Assembly (NCBI GenBank): GCA_018303725.1
Contig: JAGVXP010000050.1
Span: 13,579-77,578, forward strand
From: Candidatus Woesearchaeota archaeon
GTDB lineage: Archaea > Nanobdellota > Nanobdellia > Woesearchaeales > JAGVXP01
DNA length: 64,000 nt
Reading direction: 5' to 3'
In this document: piece after piece, positions 39,146 to 48,019 of the stretch
Layout of the letters: every line of letters begins with the position of its first letter
Numbering within the stretch: position 1 is the stretch's first letter
Notes under the pieces: generated by a model
Database searches by the model: none
Told to the model about the DNA's origin: nothing
The model's input: the letters and a program-made list of their open reading frames with translations, nothing else
Program-made: the position numbers and the translations under genes

Positions 39146-40917
39146 GATACAACAAAAGAACATTTGACAGTGAAGCGGCTTATTATGCTAAGAGATTGGG
39201 AAAGGTTAAGGGCAAGGTTGTTTTTGTGGCTTTAGATATGGGCCAGCCAAATGCTTTTTTTTCATTAGCTCCTTTAAGCAAGGCTGTGCATGAGCTGGAA
39301 GGGGATATGCATGTTATCGTAGAGGACGATTACAACAGCTTAATTGTCTTAAAGGATGCCTGGCATGTTTATGAGGATTATTTAAAAAGGCTAAAAACAA
39401 AAAAGGTTAAGGCTTTGTTTGGTTTCATAAATTCTGTCAATAAGAGAACAAAGAAAGACGTTTTTAAGGAAATTTTTAAAGAGCCTGAAATAATCTTAAG
39501 GGCTGAAAAAGGCGGTTTTAGGGGAACAATAGGTTTAGATTATAAATATAGATGGCATAAAAGATATAAGGAAAGGGAACTTTTAGAAACAACAACAAGA
39601 ATATTAAAAGATGGCTATAACTTGAAGGAAGGGGAAAGAATTGGTATTGGATTTGTCTTAATACCAAAAGATGAGCATTTAGAGCTGCCATTGGAGGATT
39701 ACCTAGATTCTTATTCAATTTCATTGGCAACTGCCTTGGCTGCTAAAAAGCTGAAGGCAAAACCGACTTTAAGCTCCTGCACTGACAGAATTTCAGTATT
39801 AGCAAAGTCAGTAAGAACCGCCGATTTATTGATGGCATTAAGGGGATGTGAACTGGATAAAGGGGTAAATGAGGGTGTTTTTAAAAAATATAGTGTGTTA
39901 TCAAAGCTATTAAGGATAGACAGATTAAAATTCATTTCGGCAGGCTTTGGCATACATGCAAAAGGATATTATGGAAGGCATTTTTTTGGAGAGGAAATTG
40001 GATATCCTTCTTTGGATAAAAAAACAAGATGGAGTTCTCCAGGGCAGCTAATGCTCAAGGATGCATTTTCACCGCAAACGGCTTTAGAAAAAAGAGATCC
40101 TATGATGAGGTATGCTCTCACTGAAACACTGCCAATAGACATATTTATTGAAACCTGCAATATTGACTACAGCATACTAAGAAAAAGGTCAAATAAAATA
40201 AGGGATATGCTTAACAAATGTGAACATATAAGGGTTATAGGGAAAGAGATTAACGGCTATAAAACAGATTTAACGGTGAATTTGGTTGATAAAAATGGAG
40301 AAAGGTATGAGTTTATACCATCTGACTGTGATGTAAGGTCCGTAATTGAGAAAGAGCATTACAAAAAAACAGGGATAAAGGCAGGAAGCTATGCTAATTT
40401 CCCCTCTGGAGAGGCATTTGTAACCCCTGCCAGCGTCAAAGGCTTAATGATAGGCGATGTTGTCATTAATATTGACAGAAGCTATGTAATACCAGAGAGA
40501 AGCCCGATAATTGTTAAGTTTAACGGAAATGGCTATAAAGTGATTAAAGCAACTACAAAGATGCTGGGAATAATGAAGAAGGAATGGGGGGAGGCAAGGC
40601 AGAAGATAAGGGATTATGAAAAAAACAAGTCATTGCCAAAAGAGATTATAGAAATTTATAAAAGGAATTTCTGGAATATTGGGGAATTTGCTATTAACAC
40701 AAACCCCAAAGCAAAGCTTTGCAATTATTTGATTGTAAACGAGAAGATAGCTAGAATGATTCATATTGCATTGGGATCTGGCTTTGATGCAAATAGAAAA
40801 ACAATGTACCACTGGGATATTGTTGTCAACAGCCCGAGGCAGAGATTAGATATTTATGGCGTTGACAAGAATAATAAGATACATTGGGTTATAAAGAAAG
40901 GAGAGTTTGCTGTTTAA
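39142..40917 (+). CDS. Extended M29-like (thermophilic metalloprotease) aminopeptidase
   Basis: C-terminal NFPSGE.F, GEFAI.TN, NEK....HIALG, HWD motifs; long N-terminal extension. Confidence 0.75.
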   Translation: MRYNKRTFDSEAAYYAKRLGKVKGKVVFVALDMGQPNAFFSLAPLSKAVHELEGDMHVIVEDDYNSLIVLKDAWHVYEDYLKRLKTKKVKALFGFINSVNKRTKKDVFKEIFKEPEIILRAEKGGFRGTIGLDYKYRWHKRYKERELLETTTRILKDGYNLKEGERIGIGFVLIPKDEHLELPLEDYLDSYSISLATALAAKKLKAKPTLSSCTDRISVLAKSVRTADLLMALRGCELDKGVNEGVFKKYSVLSKLLRIDRLKFISAGFGIHAKGYYGRHFFGEEIGYPSLDKKTRWSSPGQLMLKDAFSPQTALEKRDPMMRYALTETLPIDIFIETCNIDYSILRKRSNKIRDMLNKCEHIRVIGKEINGYKTDLTVNLVDKNGERYEFIPSDCDVRSVIEKEHYKKTGIKAGSYANFPSGEAFVTPASVKGLMIGDVVINIDRSYVIPERSPIIVKFNGNGYKVIKATTKMLGIMKKEWGEARQKIRDYEKNKSLPKEIIEIYKRNFWNIGEFAINTNPKAKLCNYLIVNEKIARMIHIALGSGFDANRKTMYHWDIVVNSPRQRLDIYGVDKNNKIHWVIKKGEFAV

Positions 40918-40918
40918 G

Positions 40919-41875
40919 ATGGGTAAGCTGGAAAGGGCTGCTGATTTAGTTCTGAAGAAATGCATGGGGTTAAAGCCAAAGGAAAACTTGTTGATTATTG
41001 TTGATAAAAGAAAAAGGAAGATTGGAAAATTATTTCTAAAGCAAGGAAAGAAAACAGCAAAAAAAGCTAAGCTGCTGGAAATCCCTGTTGGAAAAGTCAA
41101 TGGTGAAGAGCCACCAAAAAAAGCAGCAAAAGAAATGATTAAGTATGATGTTGAACTGCTGATAACAACCAAGTCCTTAACGCATACAAAAGCAAGAAAA
41201 AATGCCTCTAAAACTGGCGCAAGAATTGCCACTCTGCCAGATATAACTGAATCCATGATGAAAAGGGCAATAAATGTTGATTACAATAGAATCCAAAAAC
41301 TAAGCAAAAAAATAGCTGATGTTATTGACAGGGGCAAAACAATACGAGTTTTAACAAAAAAAGGCACAGACATCATCTTTTATGTAAAAGGAAGAAAATC
41401 TCATGGAAGAGGCGGAGGCATCTTGACTAAAAAAGGAAAATTTGGCAATCTGCCTTCAGGAGAGGCATTTATCGCTCCGGTTGAAAACAAAACAAGCGGA
41501 ATTTACATTGTAGACGCTTCTTTAGGCGGCATCGGAAAGGTTGACATGCCAGTTAGGGTATTGGTAAAGAATGGCTGTGTAATAAAAATAACGGGCAAAA
41601 AATCAGCAAAAGAACTCAATAAACTTTTAAAAGGGGCTGGAAAAAGGGCAAGAGTTATAGCAGAGTTGGGCATAGGCACGAATTATAAGGCTAAACTAAC
41701 AGGAAATCTGCTTGAAGACGAAAAGGCAATTGGCACCTGCCATATAGCCTTAGGCGATAACACCGGCTTTGGCGGAAAAAACGAGGTCCCTTTGCATATA
41801 GATGGGGTCATCAAAAAGCCGACAATATTCGTAGACAATAGAAAAATAATGGATAACGGGAAATTGGTAATTTAA
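40919..41875 (+). CDS. M29-like leucyl aminopeptidase
   Basis: GEEPP, NLPSGEAF.AP, ELGIGTN, EDEK..GT.HIALG, HIDG motifs. Confidence 0.9.
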   Translation: MGKLERAADLVLKKCMGLKPKENLLIIVDKRKRKIGKLFLKQGKKTAKKAKLLEIPVGKVNGEEPPKKAAKEMIKYDVELLITTKSLTHTKARKNASKTGARIATLPDITESMMKRAINVDYNRIQKLSKKIADVIDRGKTIRVLTKKGTDIIFYVKGRKSHGRGGGILTKKGKFGNLPSGEAFIAPVENKTSGIYIVDASLGGIGKVDMPVRVLVKNGCVIKITGKKSAKELNKLLKGAGKRARVIAELGIGTNYKAKLTGNLLEDEKAIGTCHIALGDNTGFGGKNEVPLHIDGVIKKPTIFVDNRKIMDNGKLVI

Positions 41876-41909
41876 TGCAAAAGCTTTTTAAATACGATTA
41901 TTTTTCTTA

Positions 41910-43067
41910 ATGACTATGACAACTAATGATAAGGATAAAAGCATACTAGATTCTGTTATTTATAAGTATAGCGTTAGTAACAGCCAAGTAGAGGAGGAGA
42001 ACAAAATATTAAAAGAGACTGTGGATAAGCTAAGAGAAGAATTAGAAAATACAAAAAGGCCCCCATTAATGGTATGTGAGGTGATGGATGTCAATGAAAA
42101 AGAGGCCATTATACAGATACCTAATGGAAACCAATTTTCTGTAAACATTTCAAGTTCATGTGAAAAATTAAAGGCTGGAGATAGCATACTCTGTGAACAA
42201 AAAAATCTGACCATTATCAAAAAAATACCCATAACGAGGAAATTTAATGTTGAGAAATTTGTTATAATGGAAAAACCAACAACAACATGGAAAGATATAG
42301 GCGGTCTAGACTTGCAAGTTAATGAGATAAAAGAGGTTGTTGAACTGCCATTAAAAAGGCCGGAATTATTCAGGAAAGTGGGCATAAAACCACCAAAAGG
42401 AATCTTGCTTTATGGTCCTCCGGGAACCGGAAAAACCCTATTGGCAAAAGCTGTTGCAAACAGTACAAACTCAACATTTATAGAGGTGGTTGGTTCCGAA
42501 TTAGTGCAAAAATTCATTGGTGAGGGGGCTAAATTGGTAAAGGAAATGTTTGAATTGGCAAGAAAAAAAGCGCCAAGTATAGTCTTCATTGACGAACTGG
42601 ATGCTCTAGCAGCAACAAGAATGGAGATAGGCACTAGTGGAGAAAGGGAAGTGAATAGAACATTTATGCAATTATTGGCAGAATTGGATGGTTTTGAACC
42701 TTTGGATAATGTTAAAATAATAGGCGCCACAAACAGAAAGGATATCTTAGACCCAGCTGTTATAAGGCCAGGCAGGTTAGACAGGTTAATTTATGTCCCT
42801 ATACCAACAAAAGAGGCAAGAGTGGAAATTTTCAAGATCCATTGCAAAGATATGACTTTTGATAAGGGGATTAACATAAAGAGTGTAGTAGAAAAAATGG
42901 AAAACTTTTCTGGAGCAGAAATCCACGCTGTTTGCACAGAAGCTGGTTATTTTGCAATAAGGAATAATAGGACTAAGGTAATTAAAGATGATTTTAATAA
43001 GGCAATAGAGAAGGTTAAGAAGGGAGAGGAATTGGAAGGGAAAGATTATTTGAGGTATTTTGGGTAA
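41910..43067 (+). CDS. pan: Proteasome-activating nucleotidase
   Basis: Coiled coil and OB domain, GPPGTGKTLLAKA, KFIGEG pore loop, DELD, RPGRLDR. Confidence 0.93.
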   Translation: MTMTTNDKDKSILDSVIYKYSVSNSQVEEENKILKETVDKLREELENTKRPPLMVCEVMDVNEKEAIIQIPNGNQFSVNISSSCEKLKAGDSILCEQKNLTIIKKIPITRKFNVEKFVIMEKPTTTWKDIGGLDLQVNEIKEVVELPLKRPELFRKVGIKPPKGILLYGPPGTGKTLLAKAVANSTNSTFIEVVGSELVQKFIGEGAKLVKEMFELARKKAPSIVFIDELDALAATRMEIGTSGEREVNRTFMQLLAELDGFEPLDNVKIIGATNRKDILDPAVIRPGRLDRLIYVPIPTKEARVEIFKIHCKDMTFDKGINIKSVVEKMENFSGAEIHAVCTEAGYFAIRNNRTKVIKDDFNKAIEKVKKGEELEGKDYLRYFG

Positions 43068-43113
43068 AAATATTTAATAACATTTTTATATTACTTCTTC
43101 AATTAGTTTGATT

Positions 43114-44613
43114 ATGATTGAGTTAATATTTTTAATAAAGCTAATTGTTGCAGTTTCAGTGGTGCTTATTCTTTCTTTAATTGCTGAATACACAAGCCCT
43201 AAAGTTGCTGGACTTATATCTGGCTATCCAACAGGAACGGCTATTATCTTATTCTTTTTTGGGCTAGAGATAAGCCCGCAGTTTGCATCAAATAGCGCAT
43301 TATACAATATGGTGGGAATAGTTGCTATGCAATCTTTTCTTTATTTTTATTATAAATCATCCCTATATTTTAAGAAATTCAATATCCTATTGTCTTCGTT
43401 AACAGCAATTGCAGGGTATTTCGTTGCAATATTGGCGTTACACTTCATTAAAACTAACAAGATTATCTCTACCCTTATTGCTACAGCGTCAATTTTCTTG
43501 TTTTTTTATCTGTTTAGAAAAATAAAAGATGTAAAGATAGAGCATATAATGGACTTAAAACATCTGAATTTTAACACTGTTCTATTTCGGGCTTTACTTG
43601 CTGCAGCCATTATCCTGGCAATAACATGGGTTGCTAAATTCGTTGGTCCTAGTTGGGCAGGTTTATTTTCTGCTTTTCCTACCACATTGTTCCCGTTTAT
43701 ATTAATTGTGCATTCCACTTACAGTAAGAAGCACGTTCACACCATAATAAAGAATGTTCCAGTTGGCCTAGGGGCCCTTATAGCATATTCTTTGACTATT
43801 TCAATAACATACCCCTTATTTGGGATTTATATCGGAACATTACTGTCTTTTTTTGCTGCAGCCATTTATTTGCTTTCTTATACATCTATTAAAAACCGAT
43901 TGCAAAAGAAAGAGTTGCTGGGGGTTTTGGGGGGATTAGGACCAGAAAGCACTATTGAGTTCTATCGTTTTCTTATAAAATTAATGCCTGTTAAAAGAGA
44001 GCAAGACCATCTTCAGGTGCTTATATATTCAAACCCAAAAGTTCCAGATAGAACAGCTTCAATTTTAGGAAAAAAATATAGATCAGTTTTAGATGAGGAA
44101 GTGGCCTCATGCAAGCATTTGAAAAAAGCAGGAGCAACCAGGATGGTTGTTGTGTGCAATACCTCCCATTTTTATCTATCCCACCTTAGAAAGAGAGTTG
44201 GTTTGCCTTTTATAAGTTTAATTGAAGAAACTTCTAACGAGCTTGTGAGGAATAAAGCTAGGACCGTACTCCTTCTAGCTACAACAGGCACTGTTAAATC
44301 AAATACATATCAAGATGTTCTTGAAAGAACCAACATAAAGGTTTTTTTGCCTGATAAAAAAGACCAAGAGAGAATAATGGATATAGTTTATGGCGTTAAG
44401 CTGAAAGGGGTTAATGCAAAACACAAGCAAGCACTTCAAAAAATAATCAACAAATTTTCAAAAAAGACCAGTCATATAATTCTTGGATGCACTGAATTGG
44501 CTTTAGTGATGAAAAAAGTTTCTATGAGAGGAAAGCATCTATACGACCCTTTGAAGATTGTGGCTACTGAAGTTATAAAGGATACGTTAAGAAAACAGGC
44601 GAAAGGTAATTAA
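43114..44613 (+). CDS. Fusion of a multi-TM membrane domain and an aspartate/glutamate racemase domain
   Basis: About 260 hydrophobic aa, then GVLGGLGPEST, DRT, CNTSH and LGCTEL racemase motifs in one frame. Confidence 0.85.
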   Translation: MIELIFLIKLIVAVSVVLILSLIAEYTSPKVAGLISGYPTGTAIILFFFGLEISPQFASNSALYNMVGIVAMQSFLYFYYKSSLYFKKFNILLSSLTAIAGYFVAILALHFIKTNKIISTLIATASIFLFFYLFRKIKDVKIEHIMDLKHLNFNTVLFRALLAAAIILAITWVAKFVGPSWAGLFSAFPTTLFPFILIVHSTYSKKHVHTIIKNVPVGLGALIAYSLTISITYPLFGIYIGTLLSFFAAAIYLLSYTSIKNRLQKKELLGVLGGLGPESTIEFYRFLIKLMPVKREQDHLQVLIYSNPKVPDRTASILGKKYRSVLDEEVASCKHLKKAGATRMVVVCNTSHFYLSHLRKRVGLPFISLIEETSNELVRNKARTVLLLATTGTVKSNTYQDVLERTNIKVFLPDKKDQERIMDIVYGVKLKGVNAKHKQALQKIINKFSKKTSHIILGCTELALVMKKVSMRGKHLYDPLKIVATEVIKDTLRKQAKGN

Positions 44614-44636
44614 AAAATCTCTTTTTATAAAATACC

Positions 44637-45581
44637 TTATAGTTGGTCTTGTGAGCTTCTCATAGGCTTTAATTCAATCTTATGTGCAACAACACCAAAG
44701 TTTTCTGGTAAAGGTTTTGCTGAAGCATAAAGCAGAACTGGATAAATCCCATCACCCTTTCTTGTGGAAGCTAATTCACCATGTATGAATTGTGTTAAAA
44801 TATTAGCATTGTCTATTAAGATAACATCATTTAATATTTCTCCTCTCCCGCCAGTAAGAAGAGTATACACTTGAGAAAAAGACATACCTTCTTTTTTTCC
44901 ATTTGGAGTATTGATAATACCTCCGGTTACCCTACTGTTTAGATCCTTAGCGTTAAATAAATCGCTAACAGAACTCCCATGTTCATAAACTCTTGATGAC
45001 AATATTTTGAGATATGTTGTTCTACCTGAAGTGTTGTCTCCTACTAGGTTTACCACCACTGGCGAATCTGGTCTTGGAGCGACTATTTTTTTTAATTTTT
45101 TAATCATTTCTTGATAAACTTCATTATTATGTTTTTCAGTTTTTGTTAAAGGCGTATCTGCTTTAAAATGGTCATCAAAGTATGCAGGAGCTAAATTTAA
45201 TTCAAAATCAACGTCAAATAAATTTCTAAGTAATCTAGTGGAATAAGCAGTAACAAACTTATGGGGCAGACCTTCTGCTTTGGATAACCCCATATGATGG
45301 GCAGCAGCCATTAGTACGTCTGAAGCATCTTTATAGTCTAAGAAGCCAACAGCATCTACATTCCTGTGTAGGAATACTACTTTTTTATCTCTTCGGGAAT
45401 CTATAAACTCTTTTATTTCTTTATATAGCTTAGTGTAGGGGTTATCTTTTTTTTCAAAGTCAATTAAAACTACTTCACAATCAGCTGGAGCTTCTTGTGC
45501 ACTATGCTCAATTTGAGATAATTCTGGCTTAGATACTCTAAATTCAGTTCCTTGCTGATTCAATATATCCTCTATATTCAT
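44637..45581 (-). CDS. Hypothetical protein with a degenerate P-loop-like C-terminal domain
   Basis: GGTGA SD and BRE-TATA upstream; GDNTSGRTT and VILIDN motifs. Confidence 0.6.
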   Translation of the reverse strand: MNIEDILNQQGTEFRVSKPELSQIEHSAQEAPADCEVVLIDFEKKDNPYTKLYKEIKEFIDSRRDKKVVFLHRNVDAVGFLDYKDASDVLMAAAHHMGLSKAEGLPHKFVTAYSTRLLRNLFDVDFELNLAPAYFDDHFKADTPLTKTEKHNNEVYQEMIKKLKKIVAPRPDSPVVVNLVGDNTSGRTTYLKILSSRVYEHGSSVSDLFNAKDLNSRVTGGIINTPNGKKEGMSFSQVYTLLTGGRGEILNDVILIDNANILTQFIHGELASTRKGDGIYPVLLYASAKPLPENFGVVAHKIELKPMRSSQDQL

Positions 45582-45715
45582 TTTATCACCTCTAATTTCA
45601 TTCCTCCTCTGATTGATATAAAGAAGTTATATTTAAATCTTTCGGTTTTTTACTACCTATTGGTGGTTACATAAGATAATAGCGGAAGTCGTAATTTTCG
45701 TTCTATTTTTCCCAT

Positions 45716-45860
45716 TCCAAAAAAACAACAATAATGGCTTCGGACGGTCTCGCGGAAAACACCATAAATTTGCTTCGCAAATTTAATGTTGACGCTCGAC
45801 CTACTCGCCACTCCGACGGAGCCGACCCTCGGCTCGCCCTCGCCATTGTTGTTTTTTGGA
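45716..45860. repeat. About 145-bp GC-rich element with long terminal inverted repeats and internal hairpins (MITE/REP-like)
   Basis: TCCAAAAAAACAACAAT..GGC pairs with GCCATTGTTGTTTTTTGGA; inner hairpins at 45765-45785 and 45819-45835. Confidence 0.65.
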
Positions 45861-45981
45861 TATGATACTGCCCTATATTGAAGTCCAATTTAGAACGTTA
45901 TCTATGTCCTTGGCTAAAATAGAATTCTAAAAATAAGCGCACGCTCAGCAGTTACTTCCGTTCTTCATCCTTGAATAAAAG

Positions 45982-46062
45982 TGGTGTGCGCTCGGCAGTT
46001 ACTTTCCGTCAGTCATCGCCTTTCGGCTACTAGGGTGTTCACTTCTCTCATTGCACACACCA
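45982..46062 (-). ncRNA. Putative structured RNA with a 10-bp closing stem, K-turn-like motif and GAAA tetraloop
   Basis: UGGUGUGUGC pairs with GCGCACACCA (G-U only on minus strand); UAGUA-GCC-GAAA-GGC-GAUGA-CUG. Confidence 0.45.
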
Positions 46063-46080
46063 AAATAACCAGAATACAAA

Positions 46081-47142
46081 TTAGTTTATAAGTTTATCTC
46101 TCTTTAAAAGAGATTCCAGTACCTCTTGTTTTTCAGAAGCATAGGCAAATCCTATTTTATTATAAAATTTTAATAAATTATCTTTCCCTTTGATATAGAA
46201 TCTTCCGCAAAATTCCCTTTCTTTTTGTTTACGTAATTGTATATAGGATGTTGTGATACCAAAATAAGCTAACATAGTCCTTATTTGATTCAGAAATTCT
46301 AATAAATTTGTAACATATTCTTCAGTTTTAGATAATACAAATTGAATTCTCCACCTATTATTTTGTGGTTTTGAACCTTCATTTCCATAAATGATTGACA
46401 AAAATATTCTTTTAAATTCTTCTGGTCCGTTATAAATCCACTTTGGAATTAAAAACGGCTTAAACACCTTATTGCCAGTTGGTACACCCAGATAATTTAT
46501 TAACTTGGCAAATTCTTTACTACAAAGATTAATTGTAAAACAATAAGATTTGTATTCAAGAGTTGGGTTTTCATGTGGAAAAATAGAATTGAAACCTGAT
46601 TTAAATAATTTGGCATCTTCTTTTTGATTAAAATAATATTGAACATGTTGTAAATTTTTTCTGATATGGCCATCACACATTACAAAGCCTATATTAGCTA
46701 CTAAGAAATTTAAAACTTTATTATTATAGAAATAATCTAGCCCATATTTTTTAATAAAATCAAAATCTTTTATTTTAGAGAAGTTTAATTTGTTACTGAT
46801 AGATAATTTTTCAAATTTATTTTGAGTAATCAATCTCAAAATTCTTTCATTATCCCCGAAATCGTAAGGTAATAAATAATTTTTGTAAATTTCATCTATT
46901 TTTTTCTTGTTCATGGCACTATAAGAATAACCTGAGTTTAATTGTGTTGGTGTTCTACTAAGTTTGTTCTTAATATGCAATCTTGAGACCACAGTAGATG
47001 TGTAAAAATTGTTAATTTTGTCTTGGTATAGGTTATTAAAAATAGCTTGTATTTTCCTTATATTAAAGATGGTGTCTGGGTTGGATCTAAAAATATTAAA
47101 AATCCGCTGAGTTTTTGAATTTTTTTGGTTGTTTGAGTTCAT
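46081..47142 (-). CDS. Free-standing double-motif LAGLIDADG endonuclease-like protein
   Basis: IGFVMCDGH and FLSIIYGNEGS helices, IPKWI, FY.KIGF; very AT-rich; no intein splicing motifs. Confidence 0.85.
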   Translation of the reverse strand: MNSNNQKNSKTQRIFNIFRSNPDTIFNIRKIQAIFNNLYQDKINNFYTSTVVSRLHIKNKLSRTPTQLNSGYSYSAMNKKKIDEIYKNYLLPYDFGDNERILRLITQNKFEKLSISNKLNFSKIKDFDFIKKYGLDYFYNNKVLNFLVANIGFVMCDGHIRKNLQHVQYYFNQKEDAKLFKSGFNSIFPHENPTLEYKSYCFTINLCSKEFAKLINYLGVPTGNKVFKPFLIPKWIYNGPEEFKRIFLSIIYGNEGSKPQNNRWRIQFVLSKTEEYVTNLLEFLNQIRTMLAYFGITTSYIQLRKQKEREFCGRFYIKGKDNLLKFYNKIGFAYASEKQEVLESLLKRDKLIN

Positions 47143-47212
47143 TTGAAATCACCAAATTATATTTTATTTTGGATTTTAAATTGAATGAAAATATCCAAGA
47201 AGAAGTTCTACT

Positions 47213-47243
47213 TTATATATCTCACGCACGAGGATGTCCAGTG
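47213..47243 (-). promoter_or_regulatory. Promoter with CACTGGACAT motif and TATA box (LAGLIDADG gene)
   Basis: Minus strand CACTGGACATCCTCGTGCGTGAGATATATAA; 27 of 31 nt match 57669-57699. Confidence 0.65.
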
Positions 47244-47268
47244 ATCAGTGGTAAGCTAATCATTATAT

Positions 47269-48018
47269 TTACATTATCTTAAAATCGGCGCAAACCCTAT
47301 AAATCCCTGGCCCAAACTGCCCGCATTTTACCAATTTTAAAATCTTGTATTTTTTCTTGGCTTTAGAGCAAGCCTTGCCTATCTTTTCTTTGGCTAGGTT
47401 AAAATCCTTTTCATTCAAAAAATCGTAAAAATGCATTATTGTCCCTTTCTTGGCAGCTTTTAAAGCAACGCCTAAAAAATTCTCTCCGCCCTTTGGCAGA
47501 GGCATCAGGATTCTATCGAATTTCTTCTTTAGCTTTGGAACAACCTTTTTAACATCGCCTTTAAACAGTTTAACATTCCCAACCTTATTCAATTCAGCAT
47601 TTTCCAATGCATATTTATGTGCTATAGGATTGATTTCTATCCCATACACTATCTTTGGTTTAGAATTCTTAGCAATAACCAATGGATAAACACCAACACC
47701 GGAAAACATAACTAAAACAGACTCATTTTCTTTAACTAATTTAGCTATCCTTAGCCTTTCATTAGCCAGCCTTGGGGAAAAATAGCATTTTTCAACATCT
47801 AATTTCAACCTAGCATTATTTTCCTTGTATTCTGTTTCTTTTCTTTTTTCCCCAGCTATAACCTTTAGTTTTGGCAGCCTGTATCTGCCGGAGTATTTTT
47901 TTGTTTTTTTGCAGACTACTTTTAAGTTATTATGCTCTTTCAGCAAAGCCTCTGCTTCTTTTTTTGATATATCCGTCTGGAATATTGCTATATCCCCCAC
48001 TATATCAAAAGAGGCCAT
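47269..48018 (-). CDS. Trm5/Tyw2-family SAM-dependent tRNA methyltransferase
   Basis: FDIVGDIAI, YFSPRL..ER, MFSGVG, EINP, FDRILMPLP motifs. Confidence 0.9.
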   Translation of the reverse strand: MASFDIVGDIAIFQTDISKKEAEALLKEHNNLKVVCKKTKKYSGRYRLPKLKVIAGEKRKETEYKENNARLKLDVEKCYFSPRLANERLRIAKLVKENESVLVMFSGVGVYPLVIAKNSKPKIVYGIEINPIAHKYALENAELNKVGNVKLFKGDVKKVVPKLKKKFDRILMPLPKGGENFLGVALKAAKKGTIMHFYDFLNEKDFNLAKEKIGKACSKAKKKYKILKLVKCGQFGPGIYRVCADFKIM

Positions 48019-48019
48019 T

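Noticed and set aside
45703-45888. 61-aa ORF on the minus strand
   Set aside because: It overlaps the foldback element, has atypical codons and no clear SD.
45982-46062. tRNA, SAM-I riboswitch or hammerhead ribozyme
   Set aside because: No cloverleaf or T-loop, the SAM-I core is incomplete, and the CUGANGA hammerhead core is absent.
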